Shown here piece after piece: positions 52,002 through 64,000 of a stretch of 64,000 nucleotides of DNA (within the stretch, counting starts at the first letter, position 1; the number at the start of each line of letters is the position of its first letter). The position numbers and the translations under genes were made by a program. Origin of the DNA: Neophaeotheca triangularis (taxonomy: Eukaryota); NCBI GenBank assembly GCA_054600435.1, contig BAAIJX010000014.1:310001-374000 (forward strand), in the 5' to 3' direction. A model generated the notes under the pieces. That model ran no database searches. It was not told the DNA's origin and worked only from the letters and a program-made list of their open reading frames with translations.

Positions 52002-54760
52002 GATCGCGGTGGTGTGAAGGAACCGAAACCGATTGGCAGATGGGTAAAGGACTGCTGAATCAATCGAAAGGGTCTAAGAGGCTGCAAAAGCAAACTCGCT
52101 CGAATGTTTAAGAAGAAGAGACTCAGTATGAGATGAGATTGGAAGTGAGATTGGAAAAGCAAGACAGCCTGAAGGAAGCCATTCTTATACCTTCTCTTTC
52201 CTCAACCTCGACCTCGTCGCGCGTGCACCATAGTTTGTTGTTGACAAGAACCGCTCGAAACCGTCGACCCACTTGTCGAGACTCTATCTGCAATGGAAAT
52301 GCAGAGCATTGCAGTATTGTCTTCCCTACTGCAGGTCAACGGGGCGCTTGACTAGGAGACACCCTTGTCAGTACATCAACTACTCCCACACACTACCGAA
52401 TATGTCAAAAGGCTTGATGCCGAGGAGTACCTCGAGCATGAGGGATAACGTAGGGATGAGGCCATAGCAGGAATCATTGGAGGAATTTTGATGGCTAGTC
52501 ATGGCGAGCACCCCTTGCTTCGTCAACAGCTTTCCGGGCACTGATGCAGGACCTTAGACTTAGAGGCGTATATTCAATCTGAAATCCGTCTGTGCACGCC
52601 GATGCATTGCTAACGTCCCTCACCGCTAGAAGACGGGCAGTTCTGGAATGGCGCTCGTGGACCTGTGCGACACATGTTCGTCTGTAGCATTCGTATACGG
52701 CCATCAACCTTCCGTGCCCGCTCGAGTTCCTGTGATGATGAGGTGATGTCGTTTCTCTCGACTGCTTTGGTATATTGCCGCGGCTACGCGGCGCTTCAGA
52801 CCAGCATGTTAACCCGGTAGAAGGCACGGTATGAATGATGTGCAGTGCAGCCATCCGTAGACAGACAGGCGATTTGGCAGCCGCTTTTGGAGCAGCGCAG
52901 CTCGAACGCTCTGCGCTTGCGCAAGTGGCTTTCGGGGAAGCGTGTGAACGCTTCAGGTGCCACAACCCAAGACCCGCCTCTTGAACGGCTGCTCTCCAAG
53001 TTCGGCATGCAGGGCAAGATCATTGCAACGAAAGACGAGATATCTCAATCATCGATTCATTGCTTCGTGGTGATCGCCGAGTGATCATAGTTCGGCCAAG
53101 CGAACCAGGGTATGCGGCTGCAAAACATCGCGTACCAGAGAACGACATCGTACGGTCAAAATAACAAGCAGTCGAAGCGCCGGGGGAGTAGCGCATGCAG
53201 ATGGATTACCGTAGAAGCGAGCATAGCCCTGGTGACGATTGCAGTAGCCCGCTTCAGAGAATGCAACGGCGGCTGGGCGGCATAGTGTACAAAGTCAGAG
53301 ATGTGATGCGTATGATATCGAGCAAGCCAGAGGTGCGCAGTCTTTTCGCAGCTTACACGATATGAGCTGGTAGATACCAAGGAAGAGTAGCGCAAGTAGC
53401 GCAGCGGGGATGAGTTCCAGAAACGGCCCGTATGCAGTGCGAGGCGGGGACAGCCATCCCAGGAAATCGTCTGATTTGAATGACCAGGGCGGCGACCTCA
53501 CTTAGTCGCCACAAAAACCTCATCCGCAGCGAGAACAGTGGAGTCAATGTTCCAGCCAAGAAGAGGAGCTTTTCGAGCCCATGTCATTGCAGCTGTCTTC
53601 TCCCACACTATCCACCGGGCCATCATTCGAAGTAAGTGCAGAATCGTCGCTCTGAATACGCTATCGAGCTCGCTTTCCCAGGCGTGGGCGACGGGAACTT
53701 GGGGCTATTGCCAAGTGTTGACGAGTCCAATCTCCAGTAAAAGCGATCTGAACAAAACCAGGCAAAGATCTCGGGGAACGCGGCAGCGATCACGACGAGA
53801 GCTCTTCTGACGTATCGTGGTATTCACCGCAAACCACACGTTACTACATTAGCAGGAATCAAGCGGACAACCTTACGCTGCCCAAGACTACATAGGACCT
53901 AGGTACTGACAGCTCCCTCTCATTGCTCGGGCGTAGCCGTCTAGCCAAACCCCCAACCCCGCCTCCCTCGCTCCTTGCCTACCTAAGGTATCTTACCTCA
54001 TCAACCAGCGCCACAGCTACCACATAACAAGGACCGCGATATGCCCATAACGTAGCCCACCACAACGAACGAGCCCAACAGTGAAAACTGGGCAGGTAAC
54101 CATCGGGAAGCGTGAAGTGCAAATACACTTTCGGCAAAACGAACTCAATCTGTTGAGCGATCGGTCACGTGAGAACGCACCCGAGTCGCGGTCTGGTTGG
54201 CAAGCGGAGATTACGTACGCCTTTTGCACGAGCTTTCGGGGAGTCGGGTGTACGGGGTGGCTGTGAGGAATCTTCTATGTCCAGTAACCCTTCGACTGTT
54301 CACTATTGCCAGTCGGAAAGCGAGTGCAAGAGACTACTTCGCAACACAAATAACCATCTTGAAATCTTCTTGGACCGTCATCGGAGCCGTCAAGGCGATG
54401 TAGATCAGCAGTGCGCATGTCGAAAGCGTGAGAGGCAACAAAGTACACTACCAAAGGCAAAGATGGGGGGATAGACACAAAATGTGAATGACTCGTATTA
54501 GTTTCTACGGATGCAATGCTCGCTGTGCTGCTTCAAACACTTTCGGGTCAGTAGTGCAGCATGAAAACTCCACCTGAACCCACCCAGTAATCACACCATA
54601 GAACGAACGCCCGGACGCGGTACGCAGCCCATTATCCATAAGCAGCACCCACTCTCCTCCGTTCGACACTGGTGACGGCGAACGGAAGGGAAGCGGCCGT
54701 GTTATCGATAACCTTTTCCATTCCTTCCCATCCTCTCTACCATTTGTGCAGACTCTTCAC

Positions 54761-56148
54761 TTAAAGTACACCGAAGACGGCGGCGACGACACCAAGAAGA
54801 CCGGTGGTGCCGGAAATGTAGAGGGCGGCGGCACCGCTGTCGGCACTGTCAGAGTCGGAGGAGGAGGAAGAAGAAGAACCGCCACCTGAGTTGCCGCTAC
54901 CACTGCCGTCGTTGGTACCATCCTCCAAGGAGCCAGCACTATCGGGCTCGTCTTGGTTACCAGCGCAAGAGAATTCACCGCGAATCACGTTGTCTCTGCC
55001 TTGGATATCGGCGAAATCGGGGCAGACGTCGCTGAGATCCTGTTTAGATTGGATGTTGAAGGCACCGGCAACACGCTCAAGCTCAGGCAATTCGACGCTG
55101 TAGCATTGTCAGTTGGTTTTGCGCGTAGCTATTTAATGGGAAAGATAAAACATACCTCTCGATGGCGTCACCGTTGACGTCAAGAGCACCACCGATAGTG
55201 GTCAGAGCTGGGAACGAGATTTCCGCGAGCTCAGGGTTCCGCTCCATGATAAGGGAACCGTCAAGAGTCTCCAGGTTGGGCATGGTGATGTTGCTCAAGA
55301 CGCTGTTGGAGTTGAAGATAATCGAACCCTGGACCTCGGTCAAGTTCTCGGCGCTGATGGTCTCCATGCTGTTGCCGTAGAATCCCAGCAAGCCTTCCAC
55401 AGTTTCGAGCGACGGGATCAAAACGGTGGAAACGTTGATGAAGGTCATGTTACCGGCCCACATGAGGTTGGTCAACTCAACGACAGTGCCATTGGAGCCG
55501 CCAGTGGCCGATTGGGCGTTGGCCTCGATTGTGATAGCCTCAGAAATGTTGCCGAGCTGCATCTGAATCTGGCTGAGGTAAGGGTTGTTGGCGATGTAGA
55601 TAGAATCGGCAACCTCAAGGTTGATTCCGTTGAGCGAGCTCAACTCGGTGTTCTGAATCGAGAGCGACGAAGCTTGCTGCACGCCTTCGTCGCCGAATGA
55701 CAGGCCTTGGAGGGAGGGAAGGCCGAGCCATTCAATGGTGTCGACGCTTCTGAGGCTTGGGAACCTGAGCGAGGTGAGCGAGGTGAGCTCGTTGAGCGTG
55801 AAAGAGTCGGTGATGGTCTCGAGGTCTTCAGCAGAGAGCTCGCTAATGGTGGCGTTGTCGGCCGTCAGGCTTCCCTCTATCCTTTGAATGCCGGGGAAGT
55901 CAATGTTGCCGGAAGTGCCAGTCGCAATGGCGATGCTGCCCTCGAAGGTTGTGCACGAGGCGAGCGCAGAGGCATCGGCAGCATTCTGGATGGTGGTGGT
56001 GGACGCAACGCTGCAACCGCCGCTAGCGGATTGAGCTGGAGAGCAATATTAGCGAACCGGGCTGTATGCGATGGGCGTGTGTTCTTCTCTTACCTGCTGC
56101 TCTGCCAGCAACGGCCAGAGCCGGGACGATGTACTTGTAGGCGGACAT
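54761..56148 (-). CDS. ECM33: GPI-anchored cell wall protein Ecm33/Pst1 family
   Basis: Exons 56148-56094, 56035-55156, 55097-54761. Signal peptide, TIQNAADASALASCTTFEGSI, receptor-L-domain-like repeats (PSLETVEG, PALTTIGGAL, LPELERVAGAFNIQS), Ser-rich linker and hydrophobic GPI signal. Confidence 0.93.
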
Positions 56149-58708
56149 TATGGAGTTTGATGGGGTGTGATTAACTGTGCGAGGCGCGAATTAGCGAACG
56201 TGGTACTTGAGGTGAAATGAAGGACTGTGGTTCTGGAGAGCTCGGGTCGGCGACGTTGCTGAGCGAAGAAGGCCTTTGAAGAAGGGATAGTAGCTCACCT
56301 TGGTTGTACTAATGCTATTGCCTGCGGGCTCGAGTGGAATCGGAAGACCAGACAAGGCAGTGGAGTCGTGTTCTGGTCAATGGATGTTGATGGAGCGAAA
56401 GTGTAGAAGAGGAAAGCGGGTTGAAGAAGGGTGTGATTGAGAAGAAGAAGATTAAGAGGAAGTCGAAAACGGCCGGCTTGCAACACTTGAGCGAGAGAAA
56501 GTGCGTGCGAGGTTGGTGAAGCGACGGTGTTGATGGTAACGGGGGACGACGTGGGCTTTGAAAGAAAGAAAGGGGAGCACCGGCGGAGAGAGGGTTGAGA
56601 AAGCAGGTGGGTGAAGCTCAGGCCGCGCAATTGGAAGCCACGCTAGGCGGGCTTGGGGGCTAGTGCCCGCTTGCTCTATGCACGGTCGATGGCGGGATGG
56701 CGGGTGGTCCACGCAACGCGCATTGCAATTGGCTGCAATCTGCCTGGTCTCTGCAAACTCCCGCGCCGCACCTGTCTGAGGCTCTCCCGGACTCTCACGT
56801 TGTTGCTGGAATTGCTGGCCAAGCCCTGGATAAGGACTCGCGGCGGTGGCGAGTGCATGAAAGACTTCACGAGCTGCTCCACCTCAAGTCCACTCTGAGC
56901 TACCGTAGCTATGGCGACCAGGGGCCAGGGCGATCCGAAGAGCCGCAACCTCGCATCGCCGGCTACTGTACCTAGGTAGTAGTAGTATCTAGTATTTACC
57001 TCTACTACCTTACCGTACCGCCCAACATGATCTTATGTACCGCACCTTACTATTACACAAGTATCCGGATGGCCACCAACAAAAGTGCCAGAAGCCAGTC
57101 AGCCCCATCGACGCTTCTCGTGCAATGTCAGATCAACAATAACATGCACGGCAGACTACTATGTAGATGATAACGGGAGCTGCTAACGAGATAGTGATGT
57201 GACGACCAGCTAATCTGTATTGAGCCGTGAACAAGCACATATGTAGATATCATCACTCCGCCACTGGTAACCTCTTACCGTTGATAACCTTGGAAGGTTT
57301 TAGGTATCTCTTATTCTCCGTGTCCCTGTCACCAGATCGGATGCACAAATCGAATCACAACCGGCGCCGCCACCAATTTCGGATGGCTGGACGCTCCTAC
57401 TCTGAAATTACCACGCCGTCGCATCCGTACCATAGCAACACGCATCACGAAGACAGAGAACCTGCCACTTGAAAAACGGTAGTAGAAGCTACAAGAAACG
57501 CCTTCGTATCGACGACCACGACTAGAACCGTCGACCTTCCCAACACCCAAACGGATGTCTTCGCTCGAAACTTTACGGAGGCACGCCACAGCTTGCAAAA
57601 GCCGCGCAAGGGTCCTGTTTCTATAAACACAAGCGCAGGCCAGCCGAACTCTGTTGCTCCGGGCCCAGAACTTAACCTCTTCAGCAGTAGTCTGATCATC
57701 TGAACCCTTGACGACCCTTTTGCCGCGCTCGCTGGAAAAGCTTGGTGTTGTTTACCATAGTCTCGTTCGAGTTGTACAAATGGGGTCTAGTGCTTCACTG
57801 GGTCGATCGCTGGTAGATGCATCCTTGTGTTGCTTGTGGCATTCCGTTTTGTTGTTTGTGTGAGGCATGTGATAAACTAACAGAGCATGCAAGTCGTGAT
57901 ATCGAATGGCGGCTTTGCAAAGGCAAACCGTGGCAGACCATCACGATCAGCATAATTGCAAATGCTCGGATCAACGGCAGCAGCTGGAAAAGGCGTGCCG
58001 GATGACCTGACGTGGACTCGAAGAAGAACAGCCGGCGGCCCGTTGGGTGCGAGAATGGCCGATCGACATACCTACTAGATCCGGAAGCACACAGTTGTAG
58101 CGACTTCGCTGATCTTGTTTCAAGTTGCCAGGTATGCGTTACCATCTTGCGACGAGAGGCGACACGGGTCTTTATCATTCGATACATTAGCGCGGAGAGG
58201 TGCGAGAGCGGCAACCTTCATGTCACCACCGTTTGCGCTCACGGAACACATAGGCTGTCCGGTCGGCTGCAGATGGAGTTGCAAAATGCTGTGACCCTTC
58301 GTCAGGGCGAAGCTTGTACCTGAGCATATGTAGGTATTGGTAACCCCCTCGCTTTCTTGAATTTGACCAGTACTGCGTGTCCTTGGACGGGGAAGAACCT
58401 AGGTAGCAACTAGGGATATGCCTTTTATCGTTGCCTTGTACTATTGCTGGCTGAGAGCTTGTCTCATTCTCCGTCAAGTTGCTTACGAGTATCATCCCCG
58501 CTGCAGCGCATTGCCCAGATCGGTGCAACTGCCATTGATTCTGCCGTCCGACAATCACTGAGACACCCCAAGATCGAGCGAGCTGGTCGTCAACCGGAGG
58601 CACCTAAGGTGTCCCTCGCGCTCATTCAAGGACCACATATAGCCGAATATCGTCCTGCAAACGTCGAGCATTCCGCTCGTTCAATGTCCCTCCTAATCCT
58701 AACGCGCC

Positions 58709-59414
58709 CTACAACTCCTTCTTCTCCCCACCCCTCGCTCCCATCGGCGGCATCTCAACCTTAACCTTCTCCCCCTTACCCTGCCCAACCGGCACCTGCC
58801 CCTTGTTCACAGCAACAAGCGCCACAACAGCCTCATTAACCATCGCAATCACACTCCCACAAGCCATAGCCCAAACGTTAATACTCACAGCCCCAACCGG
58901 CGCCCTGGGGAAACTAAGCCCCCACTCCACAAGCCCTGGGACCCAACCCTGCGGCAGCCAAAACATCGGCCTCTTGGAGAACCAAAACTGCAACAGCGTC
59001 CGTAGCCCTGTCGTCCCCAACCAGCGCAAAACGCCCACGGCTTTGTCGAAATTCGCCCGGAAAGATTCTTGCGATTTGGCCAGTTTGTCGTGTTGGTCTT
59101 TAGCCTTGTCGTGTGCCCGTCGCAGTTTGGCCCATTTTGCAAAGTCGTCTTGCGCGGAGGTGTTGGACATTTCGCGGTTGAGGCGGAGGACTTCGCTACG
59201 GAGGCGGGTGACTTCGGAGGCGGTGGAGGCTTGGGGGACGGGGAGGCGCGTGTAGAGGTACCATAGCTGGAGCGAAGGATTAGTAGTGTGGTTCGACTAA
59301 GGGGTCTGTGAGGAGTTTTTGGCTTACTGTGTTTGCGATTGTCTGCGCGCCGAAGGTGTTGATCAGGTGGATTGTGAGCTGGAGCAGGAAGACAATGAGG
59401 AGAAGCGAAGGCAT
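58709..59414 (-). CDS. GET1: GET complex subunit Get1 (tail-anchored protein insertase)
   Basis: Exons 59414-59328 and 59266-58709. N-terminal TM, coiled coil TSAQDDFAKWAKLRRAHDK, PMFWLPQGWVP...LSFPRAPVGAVS; ends KKEL. Confidence 0.92.
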
Positions 59415-59770
59415 GATTGGGAGAACTCTTGCCTGTCGCAGGCGCTGTGAGGGTTGGTGCTCAGTAGAAGATTGCTTGATACAAGCACTGTTTGCTACCT
59501 AAGTGTACTTTCATTCAAAGGGGAATCTTTCTCGTCTGTAGCTGCCCGACTTTCGAAGCGCCAAGCAATAAAGCGTGACGTAGCTTCAGCCCCGCGTCCC
59601 CTGCCTCTTCCCCACGTGGTACATGGACAGCTTCCCAGCTCGAGTCCAATGTTTCAAGCTCTACCTCCTATGCTTCTGAAACACATCCCCTTCTTCGACA
59701 CCTACCAAGGAGCTTCGCGCAAAGTACTGGAAGGAAGCTTCTGTAGTCCACTCCCTACCCACCCACCAAA

Positions 59771-61216
59771 ATGCCTCCAAAGATCGACAAAGAAGTAGGC
59801 TGCATAATCCCCGACGCAGGCGACTGGCCGGTCCCACCGCAAGAAGATGTCGAACCCCTCGAGACGCGGATCTGGGTCGACGGCTGCTTCGACTTCTTCC
59901 ACCACGGGCACGCAGGCGTAATGCTGCAGTCCCGACGTCTGGGCGAAGAGCTAGTAGTAGGCCTACACTCGGACGAAGACATAGCACAGCACAAAGGACC
60001 GACGGTCATGAACCTCGCGGAGCGGGTTGCGGCAGTTGAGGCTTGCCGGTTTTCCTCGTTTGCGGTGCCGCATGCGCCGTATGTTACTAGTTTGGCTTGG
60101 ATTAGTCATTATGGGTGTCAGTACGTGTCGCACGGGGATGATATTACGAGTGATGAGGACGGGAATGACTGTTACCGTTTTGTGAAGAAGGCGGGGAGGA
60201 TGAAGATCGTGCCGAGGACGCCGGGGATCAGTACTACAGATCTAGTTGGGAGGATGTTGTTGTGTACCAAGGACCACTTTATCAAGAATCTTGTGTCCAT
60301 GATCGAAGGCGATGAGGGCTCTGGGACCGGGGAGGAGAGGAAAGCGAATGGGAAGATGATGGAGACGAGAATACGGGAATATGCTACCGCGCCGAATGGG
60401 ATGGATTCGTATGTGCAGATCTGGAGTTGGAAGGCTAAGCACCGTACTCTGGAGCGTCGGAGCAGCCACATCAACAGCAAAGGCGAACCGAGACAGGATA
60501 CTGGGAAAGGTACTTTCACACCCATGGTCGAGGGTCAGAGGCCGAAACCAGGCCAGCGTGTGGTCTACGTAGATGGCGGTTTCGACCTCTTTTCGAGCGG
60601 ACACATCTCCTTCCTACGCACCGTCTCGGAAACAGAAACCGCACTGGCAGAACAACGCGGCTGGTACTCTGAAGAAGCGAAACAAAGACGTATCAACGAC
60701 ACTGGATCTGATTATCCCCCTGCATATGTCGTAGCCGGCATCCACGACGATGAGGTGATCAACTACTACAAGGGCGTCAACTACCCGATCATGAACATCT
60801 TTGAGCGCGGCTTGTGCGTGGTGCAGTGCAAATACATTCACTCCGTCGTGTTCGGAGCACCCTACACGCCCACTCAGCTCTACCTCTCCGCCTTGCCAAC
60901 AGGAACGCCAGACGCAGTCTACCACGGTCCTACAACCTTCATGCCTACGAGCAATGACCCGTACAAAGAAGCCAAAGAGATGGGCATTTTCGAGCAAGTG
61001 GCTGAGCACGCGTTCCAAGAGGTGAATGCTGCGCATATCGTAAAGAGGATTTTGAACAAGCGCGCGCAATACGAGGAGCGCCAGAGGAAAAAGGGCCAGA
61101 AGGGTGTAGGGGAGGCGGCGGTGAAGAAGCGGGAGGCCATGGAGAAAGAGGCCAAAGCAGCCGAGGATGAAAGATTGAGAATACAGAGGGAGGTTGAGAG
61201 GCAGTTTGCGATTTGA
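59771..61216 (+). CDS. ECT1: Ethanolamine-phosphate cytidylyltransferase
   Basis: Two cytidylyltransferase domains: WVDGCFDFFHHGH...HGDD...RTPGISTTDLVGRML and YVDGGFDLFSSGH...KGVNYPIMNIFERGLCV. Confidence 0.93.
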   Translation: MPPKIDKEVGCIIPDAGDWPVPPQEDVEPLETRIWVDGCFDFFHHGHAGVMLQSRRLGEELVVGLHSDEDIAQHKGPTVMNLAERVAAVEACRFSSFAVPHAPYVTSLAWISHYGCQYVSHGDDITSDEDGNDCYRFVKKAGRMKIVPRTPGISTTDLVGRMLLCTKDHFIKNLVSMIEGDEGSGTGEERKANGKMMETRIREYATAPNGMDSYVQIWSWKAKHRTLERRSSHINSKGEPRQDTGKGTFTPMVEGQRPKPGQRVVYVDGGFDLFSSGHISFLRTVSETETALAEQRGWYSEEAKQRRINDTGSDYPPAYVVAGIHDDEVINYYKGVNYPIMNIFERGLCVVQCKYIHSVVFGAPYTPTQLYLSALPTGTPDAVYHGPTTFMPTSNDPYKEAKEMGIFEQVAEHAFQEVNAAHIVKRILNKRAQYEERQRKKGQKGVGEAAVKKREAMEKEAKAAEDERLRIQREVERQFAI

Positions 61217-61726
61217 GATAAGCGTTCATGTTCTTTCGCCAGAGATACCATTTGCAGTATTCAACATATCCAGCATGCCGCCATCTATCCCCACGACCTG
61301 GTCCAAAATCCCCTGGCTGCGACGAATAAGCCAGCCACGCTCAACCAGCACTATCAGTAAGTAGGGTATGTCTCTCAGCATTTAGACGCAACGTCCTCAT
61401 CGCAAGGCTCGGACACTGCAACACGAGTGAGATGGGTCTTGGCAGACCGCTTTGGGCTTGATTTAGGCTACAAATTGAACTCGTGGCTGTGGGGAGGTCA
61501 AGGCCACACGTCTTCGAAAGAGCCATGAATGGGAGAAGTAGAAAGTTGTTGAGGAGTAAGGAATGGCCCTACCATGGTGACGATGGGTTTAGGTGGTTAA
61601 AACGCCCCTTTGCACAGGAGCTTTTGAGGCCTCTGTCAGGTATAGCGGGTGCTGTAGACGTTGAATCCAGCTTGTGCTTGTCATGATCCAGAAAAGAGCG
61701 GTTGTCGTTGTAGAGAAAGCCAGAAG

Positions 61727-61859
61727 CACGCGAAAGGCCGTCTTTGAAGTATAGAAAACTTCACGAGCTCGAGCCAGGCGGAGGTCTCGGCGGACTTTGT
61801 AAGCGGGCACTTTAGCGGGAAAGAAACGCGCCAGCCACTTTACGCGCTTTCTTCGCGTC
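61727..61859 (+). promoter_or_regulatory. Cluster of MCB/SCB-like CGCG elements upstream of RNR1
   Basis: CACGCGAAA (61727), AAACGCGC (61824), TACGCGCT (61841), TTCGCGTC (61852). Fungal RNR large-subunit genes are classical MBF targets. Confidence 0.6.
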
Positions 61860-62103
61860 GTGAGAACAACATTCTCTCCGTTGCCGTGGCCTCCATATAG
61901 CAGCCTGCCCTTCTTCTCATGCTATCTGATCCTCTTCCTTCCACATACTTACAACAACTCCGCCCTCCCACTTCCACCATCAAAGATACCCGGGACAAGT
62001 GCACACTCCCTTGCTCTAGTACTGCAAAGAAGCATACCTCAAGGACACCTTCCACGACTTCCTCATCACCCTCGTTGTCGAGACGTCGGCACCGTAGGTC
62101 AAT

Positions 62104-64000
62104 ATGTTCGTCTACAAGCGCGGTACGTTCTCCCATCATCTTCATTCGCAGTTCAAAAGGGTAGCAGCGCCGTAGTCGTAACACTGCCCGCCACCATATC
62201 TTTTTGTTGCCATTTTCTCGATTTGAACACGACACTGACACGCTTCACAGATGGGCGCAAGGAACGCGTGCAATTCGACAAGATCACTGCTCGCGTATCG
62301 AGGCTATGTTATGGCCTCGACCCGGAGCACGTTGACGCCGCCGCTATCACCATGAAGGTCATTGCCGGTGTCTACCAGGGCGTCACCACCATACAGTTGG
62401 ACGATTTGGTACGTCTTCCCACCCATCGCGTACAAGGGGAGACTGATACTGATTCCATCCACAAATAGGCTGCAGAGACCGCCGCATACATGACCGTCAC
62501 CCACCCAGACTACGCCATCCTCGCTGCTCGCATAGCAGTTTCCAATCTCCACAAGCAGACAAAGAAGCAGTTCTCCGCAGTCATACAAGACTTGTACAGC
62601 TATGTCAACCCCAAGACAGGGAAAGATGCGCCGATGATCGCCAAGTACACATACGATATTGTCCAGAAGCACGCCGAGGAGCTCAACTCTGCCATCGTCT
62701 ACGACCGTGACTTCAACTACCAGTACTTTGGTTTCAAGACACTCGAACGCTCGTACCTGCTTCGCCTTGACGGCAAGGTCGCCGAGCGTCCGCAGCACAT
62801 GATCATGCGTGTGGCTGTAGGAATCCATGGAGAAGACATAGAAGCCGCCATTGAGACCTACAACTACATGTCGAACAAGTACTTCACACACGCCTCGCCG
62901 ACCCTGTTCAGTGCAGGCACACCACAGGCTCAGCTCGCATCTTGCTTCCTCATCGACATGAAGGACGACAGCATAGACGGCATCTACGACACTCTGAAGA
63001 CATGCGCCATGATCTCCAAGAATGCCGGTGGTATTGGCTTCAACTGCCACCGCATCAGAGCCACAGGTTCCTACATCAGCGGTACCAACGGTACTTCCAA
63101 CGGCCTCGTACCATTGCTCCGTGTTTACAACAACACTGCGCGTTATGTCGACCAGGGTGGCAACAAGCGTCCAGGTGCCTTCGCCGTCTACCTCGAGCCG
63201 TGGCACGCGGACATGTTCCAGTTCCTCGACCTTCGTAAGAACCACGGCAAGGAGGAGGTTCGTGCTCGCGACCTCTTTTATGCCCTCTGGATTCCCGATC
63301 TGTTCATGAAGCGTGTTGAGCAGAACAGCACTTGGACTCTGATGTGCCCCAACGAGTGCCCTGGCCTCGCCGATGTTTACGGCGACGAGTTCGAGGAGCT
63401 GTACGAGCGCTACGAGAGGGAAGGCAAGGGACGTGAGACCGTCAGAGCACAGAAACTCTGGTATGCCATCCTCGAGGCACAGACGGAGACTGGAACCCCT
63501 TTTATGTGTTACAAGGACGCCGCCAACCGCAAAAGCAACCAAAAGAACCTCGGCACCATTCGCAGCTCCAACCTCTGCACGGAGATTATGGAGTACACTG
63601 CCCCCGATGAGGTCGCCGTGTGCAACCTCGCATCTCTGGCTCTGCCTACCTACGTCGACGCTGTCAACGACACCTATGACTTTGCGAAGCTGCACGAAGT
63701 CACTCAGGTTGTCACGAAGAACTTGAACAAGATCATCGAAATCAACCACTATCCTGTGCCAGAAGCTCGCAAGAGCAACTTCCGTCACAGGCCTATCGGT
63801 CTGGGTGTTAGCGGTCTCGCTGACGCCTTCCTCGCCCTTCGCATGCCTTTCGACTCGGACGAGGCCCGTCAGCTGAACAAGCAGATCTTCGAGACCATCT
63901 ACCACGCTGCTTTGACCGCCTCTTGCGATCTTGCTGAGAAGCTTGGCCCATATGAGACTTACGAAGGGTCCCCTGTCTCGAAGGGCGAGCTTCAGTATGA
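62104..64000 (+). CDS. RNR1: Ribonucleoside-diphosphate reductase large subunit (3' end truncated by the window)
   Basis: Exons 62104-62122, 62251-62408, 62469 onward. ATP cone [67 protein letters not shown]. Confidence 0.97.

Noticed and set aside
52130..54500. Short ORFs on both strands between the orphan gene and ECM33
   Set aside because: No motifs, codon bias or splice model to support a gene.
62304..63905. 533-aa minus-strand ORF
   Set aside because: Antisense shadow of RNR1 caused by codon bias.

Overview
Eukaryotic, intron-containing DNA from a filamentous ascomycete (Pezizomycotina; Dothideomycete-like by inference), with short GT-AG introns and CTRAC/CTAAY branch points. About 20 protein-coding genes can be built by hand. 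Most are housekeeping: YVH1, RHO1, a Siw14-family phosphatase, a head-to-head pair of mitoribosomal genes (bL17m/uL24m), RSP5, a steroid 5-alpha-reductase, an AhpC/TSA-like protein, an Anp1/Van1/Mnn9 mannosyltransferase, ECM33, GET1, ECT1 and the 5' part of RNR1. The most interesting items are: (1) a QutR/AROM-derived type I dehydroquinase + degenerate shikimate-dehydrogenase gene beside a Zn2Cys6 factor, with no quinate catabolic genes in view; (2) a secreted Pro/Tyr repeat protein with 17 PPxY motifs; (3) a decayed Mx-like dynamin pseudogene in a gene-poor island at ~40-44 kb; (4) a structured non-coding tract at ~49.1-50.5 kb that includes a 37-bp inverted repeat around telomere-like TTAGGGG repeats; (5) an orphan spliced gene with a zinc-finger-like and possible degenerate bHLH segment; (6) repeated C-rich to G-rich compositional flips. 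No tRNA, rRNA, intact transposon or CRISPR array was recognised. All assignments are by eye; no database searches were run.
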